Shown here one piece after another: positions 9,884-17,785 of a stretch of DNA of 64,000 nt (positions are counted from its first letter, which is position 1; each line of letters opens with the position of its first letter). The notes beneath the pieces are model-generated. The model was not told the DNA's origin and did not search any database. It was given only the letters and a program-made list of their open reading frames with translations. The translations under genes and the position numbers were made by a program. The stretch is taken from the IMG/VR virus record IMGVR_UViG_2706794521_000001, positions 1-64,000 of that record; one strand, given 5' to 3'. The DNA is from an uncultured virus (IMG/VR IMGVR_UViG_2706794521_000001) (taxonomy: Duplodnaviria > Heunggongvirae > Uroviricota > Caudoviricetes).

Positions 9884-10060
9884 TCAACGGATTTTCGCGC
9901 CCGCGATCTTGGCCTGGAATTCGGCCTTCTCGCGTTCGAGGTTCAGTGCGTCGCAGTAGAATTGCAGGATCCGCAGCCACTCCATGTCGAGCACCTGCGG
10001 GAGAGGGGTGTTGAAGGTGTGCGCTACGAGTCCGACGTAAGACCGGCAGCGAGAGGGTTT
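9884..10060 (-). CDS. GpE'-like frameshifted extension of the tail assembly chaperone
   Basis: VAHTFNTPLPQVLDMEWLRILQFY in the -1 frame; no independent start seen. Confidence 0.7.
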   Translation of the reverse strand, partial: KPSRCRSYVGLVAHTFNTPLPQVLDMEWLRILQFYCDALNLEREKAEFQAKIAGAKIR

Positions 10061-10359
10061 TGCTCGGCCGCCGCCTTCAAACGGCGGGGTAAGAAAGGGA
10101 TGACGGCCTCGTCGATCGCAAAGCGGTCGTCGTCGTCCATCGCCTCGTATACCTCGAGCGGGAAGTCGAACATCGGCGGGATGGGGCGCTCGCCGCGGCC
10201 GAGCGCGTCCATATACTGCTCCACCTCTTTGCCGCTGACGCGCCGGATCTTCACTTCCGTCCACGTCTTGTCCTCGAACTCGACCGGGAATTCGAGGGGC
10301 ACCATTTTCTCCCGCTCGGCGGCGCCTATGACCCGAGCGACCTTTACCTCGTCAGCCAT
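10024..10359 (-). CDS. tail assembly chaperone (GpE/gp41-like)
   Basis: VPLEFPVEF...VKIRR motif; between tube and tape measure. Confidence 0.85.
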   Translation of the reverse strand: MADEVKVARVIGAAEREKMVPLEFPVEFEDKTWTEVKIRRVSGKEVEQYMDALGRGERPIPPMFDFPLEVYEAMDDDDRFAIDEAVIPFLPRRLKAAAEQNPLAAGLTSDS

Positions 10360-10368
10360 GCGTCACCC

Positions 10369-10908
10369 TTACGAAAGGCCGAGATTGCGGGAGACGGCCT
10401 GCAGCGTCGACACGGCGTCGATGCGCAGCCCGTTCGGCCCCGCGAAATAGTCGAAGTAGATCTTCTCGGCCGCCCCGAAATAGAGGTGGTAGAACAGGAT
10501 CTCGTTGATCTCGTAGTCGCTCGAGATCCCATCGTCCTTCTTGAATTCCGAGATTTCCGCCTTGGTCATCCGGCCCTCGACGATAGCCTTGAGTGGGATG
10601 TCTTCGTGGGTTCGGATGTCTCGGATGTTGCCGCGAATGGTGTACTTGATGCGCGCGGCGCCGGCCGGCATGAACCGCGGCATGACGGTCGGGTTGTAGC
10701 CCTCAAGCGAGAAGGCGAGGGGCGCGATCGTGAAGGATCGCATGCCGAGCTTGATCGACGCGACGGCACCGCCGCCCATGTGATCCTTGGTCTGCTCCTC
10801 CATCCCCGGGATCTTGACGGTCTTCAGGGCGAGGAACTGCGACTCGGTCGGGTCATCGTCGCCGATGAACAGGTTGGCCGAGTCCAGGTTGAAGAGTGTG
10901 TTGGGCAT
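10369..10908 (-). CDS. major tail tube protein (P2 FII-like)
   Basis: NLFIGDD...HMGGG; follows the sheath gene. Confidence 0.9.
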   Translation of the reverse strand: MPNTLFNLDSANLFIGDDDPTESQFLALKTVKIPGMEEQTKDHMGGGAVASIKLGMRSFTIAPLAFSLEGYNPTVMPRFMPAGAARIKYTIRGNIRDIRTHEDIPLKAIVEGRMTKAEISEFKKDDGISSDYEINEILFYHLYFGAAEKIYFDYFAGPNGLRIDAVSTLQAVSRNLGLS

Positions 10909-10940
10909 GAAAGTGTCTCCGGTCTATTGGAGGAAGCCGC

Positions 10941-12437
10941 TTACGCGACTTCCTGGTTGCCGAGCTGGATGGAAATGCTGCGGACGAGACCGTCCAGCGC
11001 CTCGGCATAGCGCCGCGACCGGATGGTGATCTTGCGCAGCACCGGCGGCTCCTCGGCCTTGAAGGTCAGGTCGATGTTGCCAAGGCGGAGTTCGGACGGC
11101 GTGTTGACGTCCGGGTCGAACTCGATGCGGTAGTCGAGGATGTCACCGTTGGCCTTGAAGCCGCGCAGCTGGGTGTCCAGCGTGTTGATGATCGCCTGCA
11201 CCGTCTGGGCCGTTAGATTGTAGCGGCCGAGATAGGTGCGGACGGCACGAACCTGCATCAGTTCGATGTAGTCGCGCATTCGACAGACGTTCGCGAACAG
11301 CCATTCCGATTCCTGGCTGAGCGTGTCGGTGCCCCAGAAGGTGAAGCCCCCGTCGGTCAGCGCGCCGTCGACGCCGGTGTCGCCGCGGAACATGATGCCG
11401 AACGAGATGGCGAGGTCGTCCTGGCCGACCACGGCAGGGTCCGTGATGGAGAACGGGATGATCGGGGTGACCCCGACGATGCCGAACACCTGCTGGTTGG
11501 CGACCGAATGACCAGGCACGCCGTCGCTCTGCGCATCGCGGCGGACGTAGAGGCCGACGATGTAGGGCGACAGGGGCTTGGTCACGACATTGCCGCTGCC
11601 GTCGAGGATCTTCGCGTCCTGGCGCAACGGGTGAAGAATCCGTTGCGTGCGCGGGATGGTTTCCAGCCAGTCGACCGCCGCGGCGCGCGTGTTGGTCGGG
11701 CCTTCCGGCAGGAACATGGCCTTCAGTCGCTCACAAATCGTCGGCATGATGGCGACGACAGCATTCGCAAGCTGCTCGAGCGTGATCGTCGCCGTGGCGC
11801 CGACCAGGTTGGCGGAAGCGGCGAAGGACAGCGTTGGCGCCACCGTATAGCTGCCGGGGTTGGTGATCGCCACCGCCGTCAAGGCACCACCGGCGACCGT
11901 GAAGGTGCCGGCCGCACCCGAGCCCGTGCCGCCGGTGAAGGCGAGCGCGAAGGTGCCGTTGGTGCCGAGCGAGCCCGGTGCGGTGATTGCCCCGAAGACC
12001 AGTCCGCTGACGGTCTGCGAGGTGTAGCCAGGCGCGATCAGCAGGCGAGGGGTGACGCCGAGCTCTTCCGGCGCGTCTAGGAACGCCCAGACGCCGGTGC
12101 CATTGGCTTCGCTGCCGAGCATGCTGGCGATCACGGTGGCGGCCGAGGCGTTGTCCGTGACACGTACGATCACGCAACGGGCGGCGCCGACGCCGCCGCC
12201 GAGCTGGGCGGAGATGCCGGCGAGGGCGTCGACAAGGGTGCCCGTGGTGCCGAGCAGCGCACGCAGAGCCGTGTCGTTTGTGTAGAGGACGACGGCGGTA
12301 TCAAGCGGGAAGGCGGCGGCGTCAGCCGCCGGCGCGGTGCCGATGATGCCGATGACGCTCATGTCGGCGCCGAGCACCGCCTGCGCTTCAATGCCGTCGC
12401 GAAGATGCTTCACGCCTACGATGAGTTCGGATGCCAT
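10941..12437 (-). CDS. tail sheath protein (P2 FI-like)
   Basis: SVIGIIGTAPAADA, LGVTPRLLIAPG, GFTFWG, NTPSELRLG. Confidence 0.93.
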   Translation of the reverse strand: MASELIVGVKHLRDGIEAQAVLGADMSVIGIIGTAPAADAAAFPLDTAVVLYTNDTALRALLGTTGTLVDALAGISAQLGGGVGAARCVIVRVTDNASAATVIASMLGSEANGTGVWAFLDAPEELGVTPRLLIAPGYTSQTVSGLVFGAITAPGSLGTNGTFALAFTGGTGSGAAGTFTVAGGALTAVAITNPGSYTVAPTLSFAASANLVGATATITLEQLANAVVAIMPTICERLKAMFLPEGPTNTRAAAVDWLETIPRTQRILHPLRQDAKILDGSGNVVTKPLSPYIVGLYVRRDAQSDGVPGHSVANQQVFGIVGVTPIIPFSITDPAVVGQDDLAISFGIMFRGDTGVDGALTDGGFTFWGTDTLSQESEWLFANVCRMRDYIELMQVRAVRTYLGRYNLTAQTVQAIINTLDTQLRGFKANGDILDYRIEFDPDVNTPSELRLGNIDLTFKAEEPPVLRKITIRSRRYAEALDGLVRSISIQLGNQEVA

Positions 12438-12457
12438 TTCGGCTGTCTCCCGTGTTG

Positions 12458-12487
12458 CAAAAGAAAAGCCCGCCGAATGGCGGGCTT
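12458..12487 (-). terminator. terminator-like hairpin immediately upstream of the sheath gene
   Basis: AAGCCCGCC-GAAT-GGCGGGCTT followed by TTTTCTTTT on the minus strand. Confidence 0.7.
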
Positions 12488-12595
12488 GATGGTGGCCTTT
12501 AACTGGCTGGCTTTGCCATTGTTCGGCAGTGGCAAGGTTCTTGATCTTTAGATGACCAATGCCTAATGATGCGCTTGGGCTTGGGAGTATAAACG

Positions 12596-12766
12596 ATGAG
12601 AAGTTGGCTGGTTAAGCTAGCGCTTATATTTCGTTCTAAAGACATCTATCAATGGCATGACGGCTCTCCGGGAACGAAACGTCGCAAACTTCCGAGCGGG
12701 CGGTGGGAAACCCGTCCATTGAACCAGGAAGAATACGACGCCGCGATGGAAAACAATGCGTGGTAG
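12596..12766 (+). CDS. 56-aa moron peptide (absent from the ORF track)
   Basis: Translated by hand: MRSWLVKLALIFRSKDIYQWHDGSPGTKRRKLPSGRWETRPLNQEEYDAAMENNAW; GGAG upstream. Confidence 0.55.
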   Translation: MRSWLVKLALIFRSKDIYQWHDGSPGTKRRKLPSGRWETRPLNQEEYDAAMENNAW

Positions 12767-13511
12767 CTCTTTAGACTTGACCGAAATCCATGAGCGCCTC
12801 GATTTTTGCGGACTTGAGATCGAGCGTTTTGCCCGGGAGGTCATGGCTTACGCCAATCACGGCTTCAAATCCCGGATGGCCGATTTTCCGTCCAGTCCAA
12901 GTCCCGTCAAGCATATCTACGCCACCATGGTTAAGCCGATTCCGATTGCGCTTCGGTGCCGTGCGGGAATGATCGCAAACGAAATCCGCGCTTGCCTCGA
13001 CGCTCTCGCCTGTGTTCTCGCCGCACGAAATGGACAGGACACAAAGGGCGTATACTTTCCTGTAAAAGAGAACGCGGCTGAATTCGCCAAAGACGGTCGA
13101 AACAAGATCAAAAAGCTTTCTGGAATCGATCAGGGCGTTATCGCGAGCGTGCAGCCCTACCAGCCCGGCAACTCCGGCATTCTTTACCTTCTTCACGAAG
13201 CCGACATATTCCGAAAGCACATCAAGCTAGTGATGTCTGGAGGTGGGGCCGGCGGCATAGGTTTTGGAAGTGGTGGTGCGGCGTTTATGGGTAGCACCAA
13301 CACGGCACCGCCGCTGTTCACCGAGATGAAGAAAGAATTCAAGGTCCACGAAGTTATTGTTTCCGGACAGGCGGAGTTCAGCATCATTTTCTGCGTGCGA
13401 TTTGCAGAGCCTCCGTTCAACAACTTGAATGTTCAATTCTTCCTTGAGGATAGCTTGTCAGAAGTTAGGCGGGTCGGTTCGCTGTTCGATACTATGGGAA
13501 AATCTGTTTGA
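12756..13511 (+). CDS. moron protein, HEPN-like
   Basis: Opposite strand to the tail operon, lower GC; IANEIRACLDALA...YFP...VQPY...LHEADIFRKH pattern. Confidence 0.6.
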   Translation: MRGSSLDLTEIHERLDFCGLEIERFAREVMAYANHGFKSRMADFPSSPSPVKHIYATMVKPIPIALRCRAGMIANEIRACLDALACVLAARNGQDTKGVYFPVKENAAEFAKDGRNKIKKLSGIDQGVIASVQPYQPGNSGILYLLHEADIFRKHIKLVMSGGGAGGIGFGSGGAAFMGSTNTAPPLFTEMKKEFKVHEVIVSGQAEFSIIFCVRFAEPPFNNLNVQFFLEDSLSEVRRVGSLFDTMGKSV

Positions 13512-16356
13512 GCGCTTCGGTGATCTGATGCGTGTATCGTTTCTCGGTCTCTGTGTTGGGCAGGAAGTGCAGCCCGTCGGGCACGTAGTCCGTTAGGTTT
13601 AGATCATTGATGCCGAGATTGTCCGCGAGGTTGATGAGCGGGCTTCCCCAATACTTTGCAAGGGCGATCTGTGCATCGACGACGTCAGTCGAATTGACGC
13701 TGGTCGCGTTTCGGCTGTGGTGGGTAATGAAGACGGTACGCGTCTGCTTGCCCAGCAGCTTTCGGGCATCGTGGATCTTCTTGTATATGAAGTTCGAGGC
13801 CCCCGCGAAATAGCGACGGTCATAGCCGGCGGCAGCCGGGCTTTGGAACGGAAACGTCGTCTGGCCAACTCGGTCGTTGATGCCGTAGTCGAACACGAAC
13901 AGGTCGCCAGCAGCCATATTGGGCACGAGGCGGGCTTCATAGTTTTTCGAGACCAACGCATCAATGTGAGATTGAAGCAGGACAAAGCCACTGCCTGGCT
14001 GCAGCGTCGCATAATTGGCGGCTGAAACCTCCAACCCGAGATTCGCTTGATAGAGCGCATTCACGTCGGCCAGTTCCAACGAGAATTTGTATATGAGGTT
14101 GCTTTGAGAGTACGGCGTGTTGTTCTCGTTGAACGCCCTGATCGATCCTCCGCCAAAAGCAATGTTGACGACAGTCGCCCCGAGCTTGGAAGCGACGTTG
14201 GCAGGGTAGCCGCCGCCCTCAGGGATGCTCGTTCCCATCCAAATGATGGTCTTGTTTTTCCAGACTGTATCCGTTGCGGCTACGATCGACCCGACGTTGA
14301 AACCGCGCGCGGGAGCATTTTTCGGAACCCAGGCTATCGGCTGCAGTTGCTGTCCCACGAAGCGATCGACTGCGGAAGCAGCTTTGAAGCCGAACGTATA
14401 GAATTCGACACCACTGCCGGCGGTGTTGGTCAGCGTGATCTGAAGCCCGTATTGAGCCCATGCGCTGCGGAACTGGCCTCGGAAGTCGTAGCGCCGCAGC
14501 TTGCTGCTGAGCTGGGTAACGCGCCACGTGTCTGTCAGGGCGGTGACGGCAACAGCCACGCCAGAGTTGAGGAAGAAAGCTGTCGGGTTGCTCGTGCTCT
14601 GATATGGCCCGAAATTGCCGGTTGGCGCATAGAGGAAAAATGAGGCGTGAACGTACTCATTCTGGCGCCCGGCTCCGAAGTCGAACTTGACATTCGAGGT
14701 CCCGGCCAGTGATGCACTGATAGGAAATTTTATGGCCTGTCCGTTCGGGACACGATCGGTTATTTCCTTGTTCGTTGATACCACGGGCGCCGCACCAAGC
14801 GTGGCGGTGTAGTTCAGGTCGGCGATAATCTTGGCACCAATCTGATCCAGCAGCGGAGAGTCGCCCGCCACTGCATCAAGAAGCTCGGCATTGCGCGCAG
14901 CCAGGCCGAGAAACGACCGGATTTCATTGATGGATGGCTGCGTGTCTGTAATGAGGATCAGTGGCGCGGCTGCATAGGCAGCACGGCCGACTGTCGAACT
15001 CCCGTCCGACAGACGCAGGAACTTGCCGTCGACGCCCGCCGGCATGATGACTTGGCCCCAATCGAAACGATGTGTCGCATCGAGCTGAACCGACCCGCGC
15101 GATGTGCATATTTGATTGGCGGTGCCAACGCTGCTTGCCGCATTGTCGGAGGTGCGCGTGTTGAGCGTGTTGACTTGGAAAACACCACCTGGATCGCGCA
15201 AAATGTGGCCGACTGTCACCCATTTCCCGACAAGTGAGGCCACGGTATCGAGCGTATGCGGGCCATAGGTGCTCGTCGGAGGTGCCTCCAACACAACGCC
15301 AAGCTGGCTGTAGATCGCATCGGCCGCTGCCACGGGCACTGCAGTTATTGGGAAAAGCGCGTTAATTGCATGCGCCTGGTCGGCAAGCGCATAGGACGGC
15401 AGCAGGTTGAGATACTTCTTGCGAGTCAAATCGAGGTAGTTGATGTCGAGTTTCGCAGCATCGATAGAGCGGCCAATCTCGGTCGCAACACCCGCCACGT
15501 TCCTGTAGAAGATGAAGCCTTCGCCAGCTACAGCGGACTTCACAGCGAAGGTGTCGCCATCGACGGTGTTTGGGCCAAGCACCGCGCTCGCAGACGCGCC
15601 AGTCAGGCCGGCTGAAGCGGTGAAGACGCGGGTTGGTGCGACGGTGTATGAACCTTTGGCGAGATCATAGATCGCCGTCAGAGCGCCGCCAGACACCACA
15701 AACCGGAAGGCGCCACCCGAACCGGTGCCGCCCGTAAACGAGCCGGTGAAGGTGCCGTTGGTGCCACCGGAGCCGCCCGTGATAGGGCCGGCGGCGATGA
15801 TGCCGTTGCCGAGCGCAGCCGCAGTCGAAGCGAAGTAGCCCCGGAAATTGAGAGAAGCGTCGCGGGCGTCCTGGGCCGCAAGGGCAGCAGCTGAAGTCGT
15901 GACCACATCGTTGGCCGTCAGGATCGCCTTGGCATCGGCCGTATCGCGGGCCGCGATCGCACTCGCAGTTGCGGCTTCCGCCGTCTCGTTCACATAAGCA
16001 TCGAGCCACTCCGCTTCCGTGCCGACGAAGCCATTGTCAACCGCGATCTGGTATGCACTTTTGCCGTCTGCTCCGGTGTCACCTTGGTCACCGTCATCAC
16101 CTTTATCACCCTTGGTGCCACGGTCGTCGGTCGCATCGGCGATGTCCGTGACCAGCCCCAGCGGACCCAGATAGCCCCCGACGTCCGGCTTAGTACCTTC
16201 GCCGCCCGTCCAGTCGACCAACTGCCTGACCCGACGTTCGCCATCGGCGATCAGTGCCGTCACCATCGACCAGCCATTGTAGCCCCGAAGGCCGGAGGCA
16301 GCGGTCGGGTCGACCTCGACGCCGCTGTCGCCGTTTTCGTAAATCGCGTTAGGCAT
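13492..16356 (-). CDS. tail spike/fibre with C-terminal SGNH/GDSL esterase domain
   Basis: Collagen-like GXY and KSAYQIAVDNGFVGTEAEWL N-terminus; C-terminal GTSI, YGIND and DGLH blocks. Confidence 0.85.
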   Translation of the reverse strand: MPNAIYENGDSGVEVDPTAASGLRGYNGWSMVTALIADGERRVRQLVDWTGGEGTKPDVGGYLGPLGLVTDIADATDDRGTKGDKGDDGDQGDTGADGKSAYQIAVDNGFVGTEAEWLDAYVNETAEAATASAIAARDTADAKAILTANDVVTTSAAALAAQDARDASLNFRGYFASTAAALGNGIIAAGPITGGSGGTNGTFTGSFTGGTGSGGAFRFVVSGGALTAIYDLAKGSYTVAPTRVFTASAGLTGASASAVLGPNTVDGDTFAVKSAVAGEGFIFYRNVAGVATEIGRSIDAAKLDINYLDLTRKKYLNLLPSYALADQAHAINALFPITAVPVAAADAIYSQLGVVLEAPPTSTYGPHTLDTVASLVGKWVTVGHILRDPGGVFQVNTLNTRTSDNAASSVGTANQICTSRGSVQLDATHRFDWGQVIMPAGVDGKFLRLSDGSSTVGRAAYAAAPLILITDTQPSINEIRSFLGLAARNAELLDAVAGDSPLLDQIGAKIIADLNYTATLGAAPVVSTNKEITDRVPNGQAIKFPISASLAGTSNVKFDFGAGRQNEYVHASFFLYAPTGNFGPYQSTSNPTAFFLNSGVAVAVTALTDTWRVTQLSSKLRRYDFRGQFRSAWAQYGLQITLTNTAGSGVEFYTFGFKAASAVDRFVGQQLQPIAWVPKNAPARGFNVGSIVAATDTVWKNKTIIWMGTSIPEGGGYPANVASKLGATVVNIAFGGGSIRAFNENNTPYSQSNLIYKFSLELADVNALYQANLGLEVSAANYATLQPGSGFVLLQSHIDALVSKNYEARLVPNMAAGDLFVFDYGINDRVGQTTFPFQSPAAAGYDRRYFAGASNFIYKKIHDARKLLGKQTRTVFITHHSRNATSVNSTDVVDAQIALAKYWGSPLINLADNLGINDLNLTDYVPDGLHFLPNTETEKRYTHQITEALKQIFP

Positions 16357-16696
16357 TTGGAGTCACCTGGATATCAACTGGCCAATGGAATTTTCCGGGG
16401 ATGGCGCGGGCATCCACGCCCACCCCCCTAACGAAGTCGAACGTCACCGGCTTCGGCTGCATTAGCGCCGTCGCAGATGCGGGGAGGACGATTTCAAATT
16501 TTCGATTGCCCGGCCTTACGAGCGTGCCGTCAAGTGTATCGGCGACCCAAAAAGTTGCACCGCCTTGGGCGAAACCGGCCCGAATGCGCCCTGTTTCCAA
16601 CTGCTCCGTGTCCCAGAACGCTTGACCGAAGCCGACCTCGATCGTGATGGCGAAACCGACTTTGATAGGCTCGACATTCGAGAAAATGACCCTCAT
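16349..16696 (-). CDS. small baseplate/fibre adaptor (BppU-N-like)
   Basis: MRVIFSNVEPIKVG...; ATGA overlap with the upstream gene. Confidence 0.55.
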   Translation of the reverse strand: MRVIFSNVEPIKVGFAITIEVGFGQAFWDTEQLETGRIRAGFAQGGATFWVADTLDGTLVRPGNRKFEIVLPASATALMQPKPVTFDFVRGVGVDARAIPGKFHWPVDIQVTPNA

Positions 16697-17775
16697 GCCG
16701 TCCTCCAAATCTCGACGCTGGTATAGAGCTCGGACTCGCCGGAACCCACCGCCACACCAAACCCAAACGTGTTGCGGGTGTTCGTGGCCCAATGTTCGAC
16801 GCGGTACGCCTTGCCGGCGACAGCCGTTCCCCACCCGACCGAGTCGGTCTGGGCGTTGGGGCCACTGTCGGCCTCCGCACCGGAGCCGGAAGCCACGGTA
16901 ACACCGTCCGCGACATTGAAGAGTCGGGTAACGTGAGCCGCCACCGCACAAGCCGGCGCGCGCCATCGCACCCGGCAATTTACCGAAGGCGTGAATTCGT
17001 CGCCGGCCAAAGTAATGATGGCTGCGGGGTCGTAAGCCTTGGTGTTCAAGGTTCGTGTTCGAAATGCACCTGAGACAAAATTGCCACCAGCGACGCCCGA
17101 AAGCTTCCTGTCCTCAAGCACGGCATCTGCGGCGCCGCCACCGGCGGCTATGGCTGCATCCTTCAGGTCGGTGGCGCGCCAGGTCCGCTGGGCGGTATCG
17201 ACGAGGGCGCGTGCCAGCGCTTGCGTCCCGTCCGCCTTCGTCGCCTTGCCGGCGAGCAGCGTCATCATGGAGGTTGCGAAGTTCGGGTCGTCGCCGAGCG
17301 CCGCCGCCAATTCGTTCAGCGTGTCGAGCGTGCCCGGCGCGGCATCGACCAGGGCGGCGATCGCCGTGGTGACCTCCGCCTTGGAGAAGACGTCGAGCGT
17401 GGTCCGCGCCGCCGCAGCCGAATTATTGAGCAGCAGCGCGCGAATGTAGGACGACACCTGAAACGACAGCCGGGCATCGTCGATGGTGCCGACAAGGCTC
17501 GATGCGTTGACGATGGAAGGCGAGAACGAAAGCACGGCAGCGGCGACAAAGGCCGTGGTGGCAAGCCGCGAGCTGTTGTTCCCGGGGTCCTGCGTCGGCG
17601 CCGTCGGCGCCCCGGTGAAAGCCGGGCTGTTGAGCGTCGCCCGTAACGCCAGTGCGGCAAACGCCGCCGCGACGTCAACGTCGATGGCGCCGAGAGCCGA
17701 GACGATCTGGTCGTAGGACGCCTTCAGGTCCGCCCTGATCGGCAGCTGATAGTTGCGATTTGGGGTTGTTGCCAT
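16693..17775 (-). CDS. tail fibre protein
   Basis: SPAFTGAPTAPT, RLATTAFV, APGTLDTLNELAAALGDDPNFAT (P2 H-like motifs). Confidence 0.9.
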   Translation of the reverse strand: MATTPNRNYQLPIRADLKASYDQIVSALGAIDVDVAAAFAALALRATLNSPAFTGAPTAPTQDPGNNSSRLATTAFVAAAVLSFSPSIVNASSLVGTIDDARLSFQVSSYIRALLLNNSAAAARTTLDVFSKAEVTTAIAALVDAAPGTLDTLNELAAALGDDPNFATSMMTLLAGKATKADGTQALARALVDTAQRTWRATDLKDAAIAAGGGAADAVLEDRKLSGVAGGNFVSGAFRTRTLNTKAYDPAAIITLAGDEFTPSVNCRVRWRAPACAVAAHVTRLFNVADGVTVASGSGAEADSGPNAQTDSVGWGTAVAGKAYRVEHWATNTRNTFGFGVAVGSGESELYTSVEIWRTA

Positions 17776-17785
17776 TCGCTCAGCC

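Noticed and set aside
13492..17775. Diversity-generating retroelement or invertible tail-fibre cassette
   Set aside because: No reverse transcriptase, invertase, TR/VR pair or inverted crossover sites were seen.
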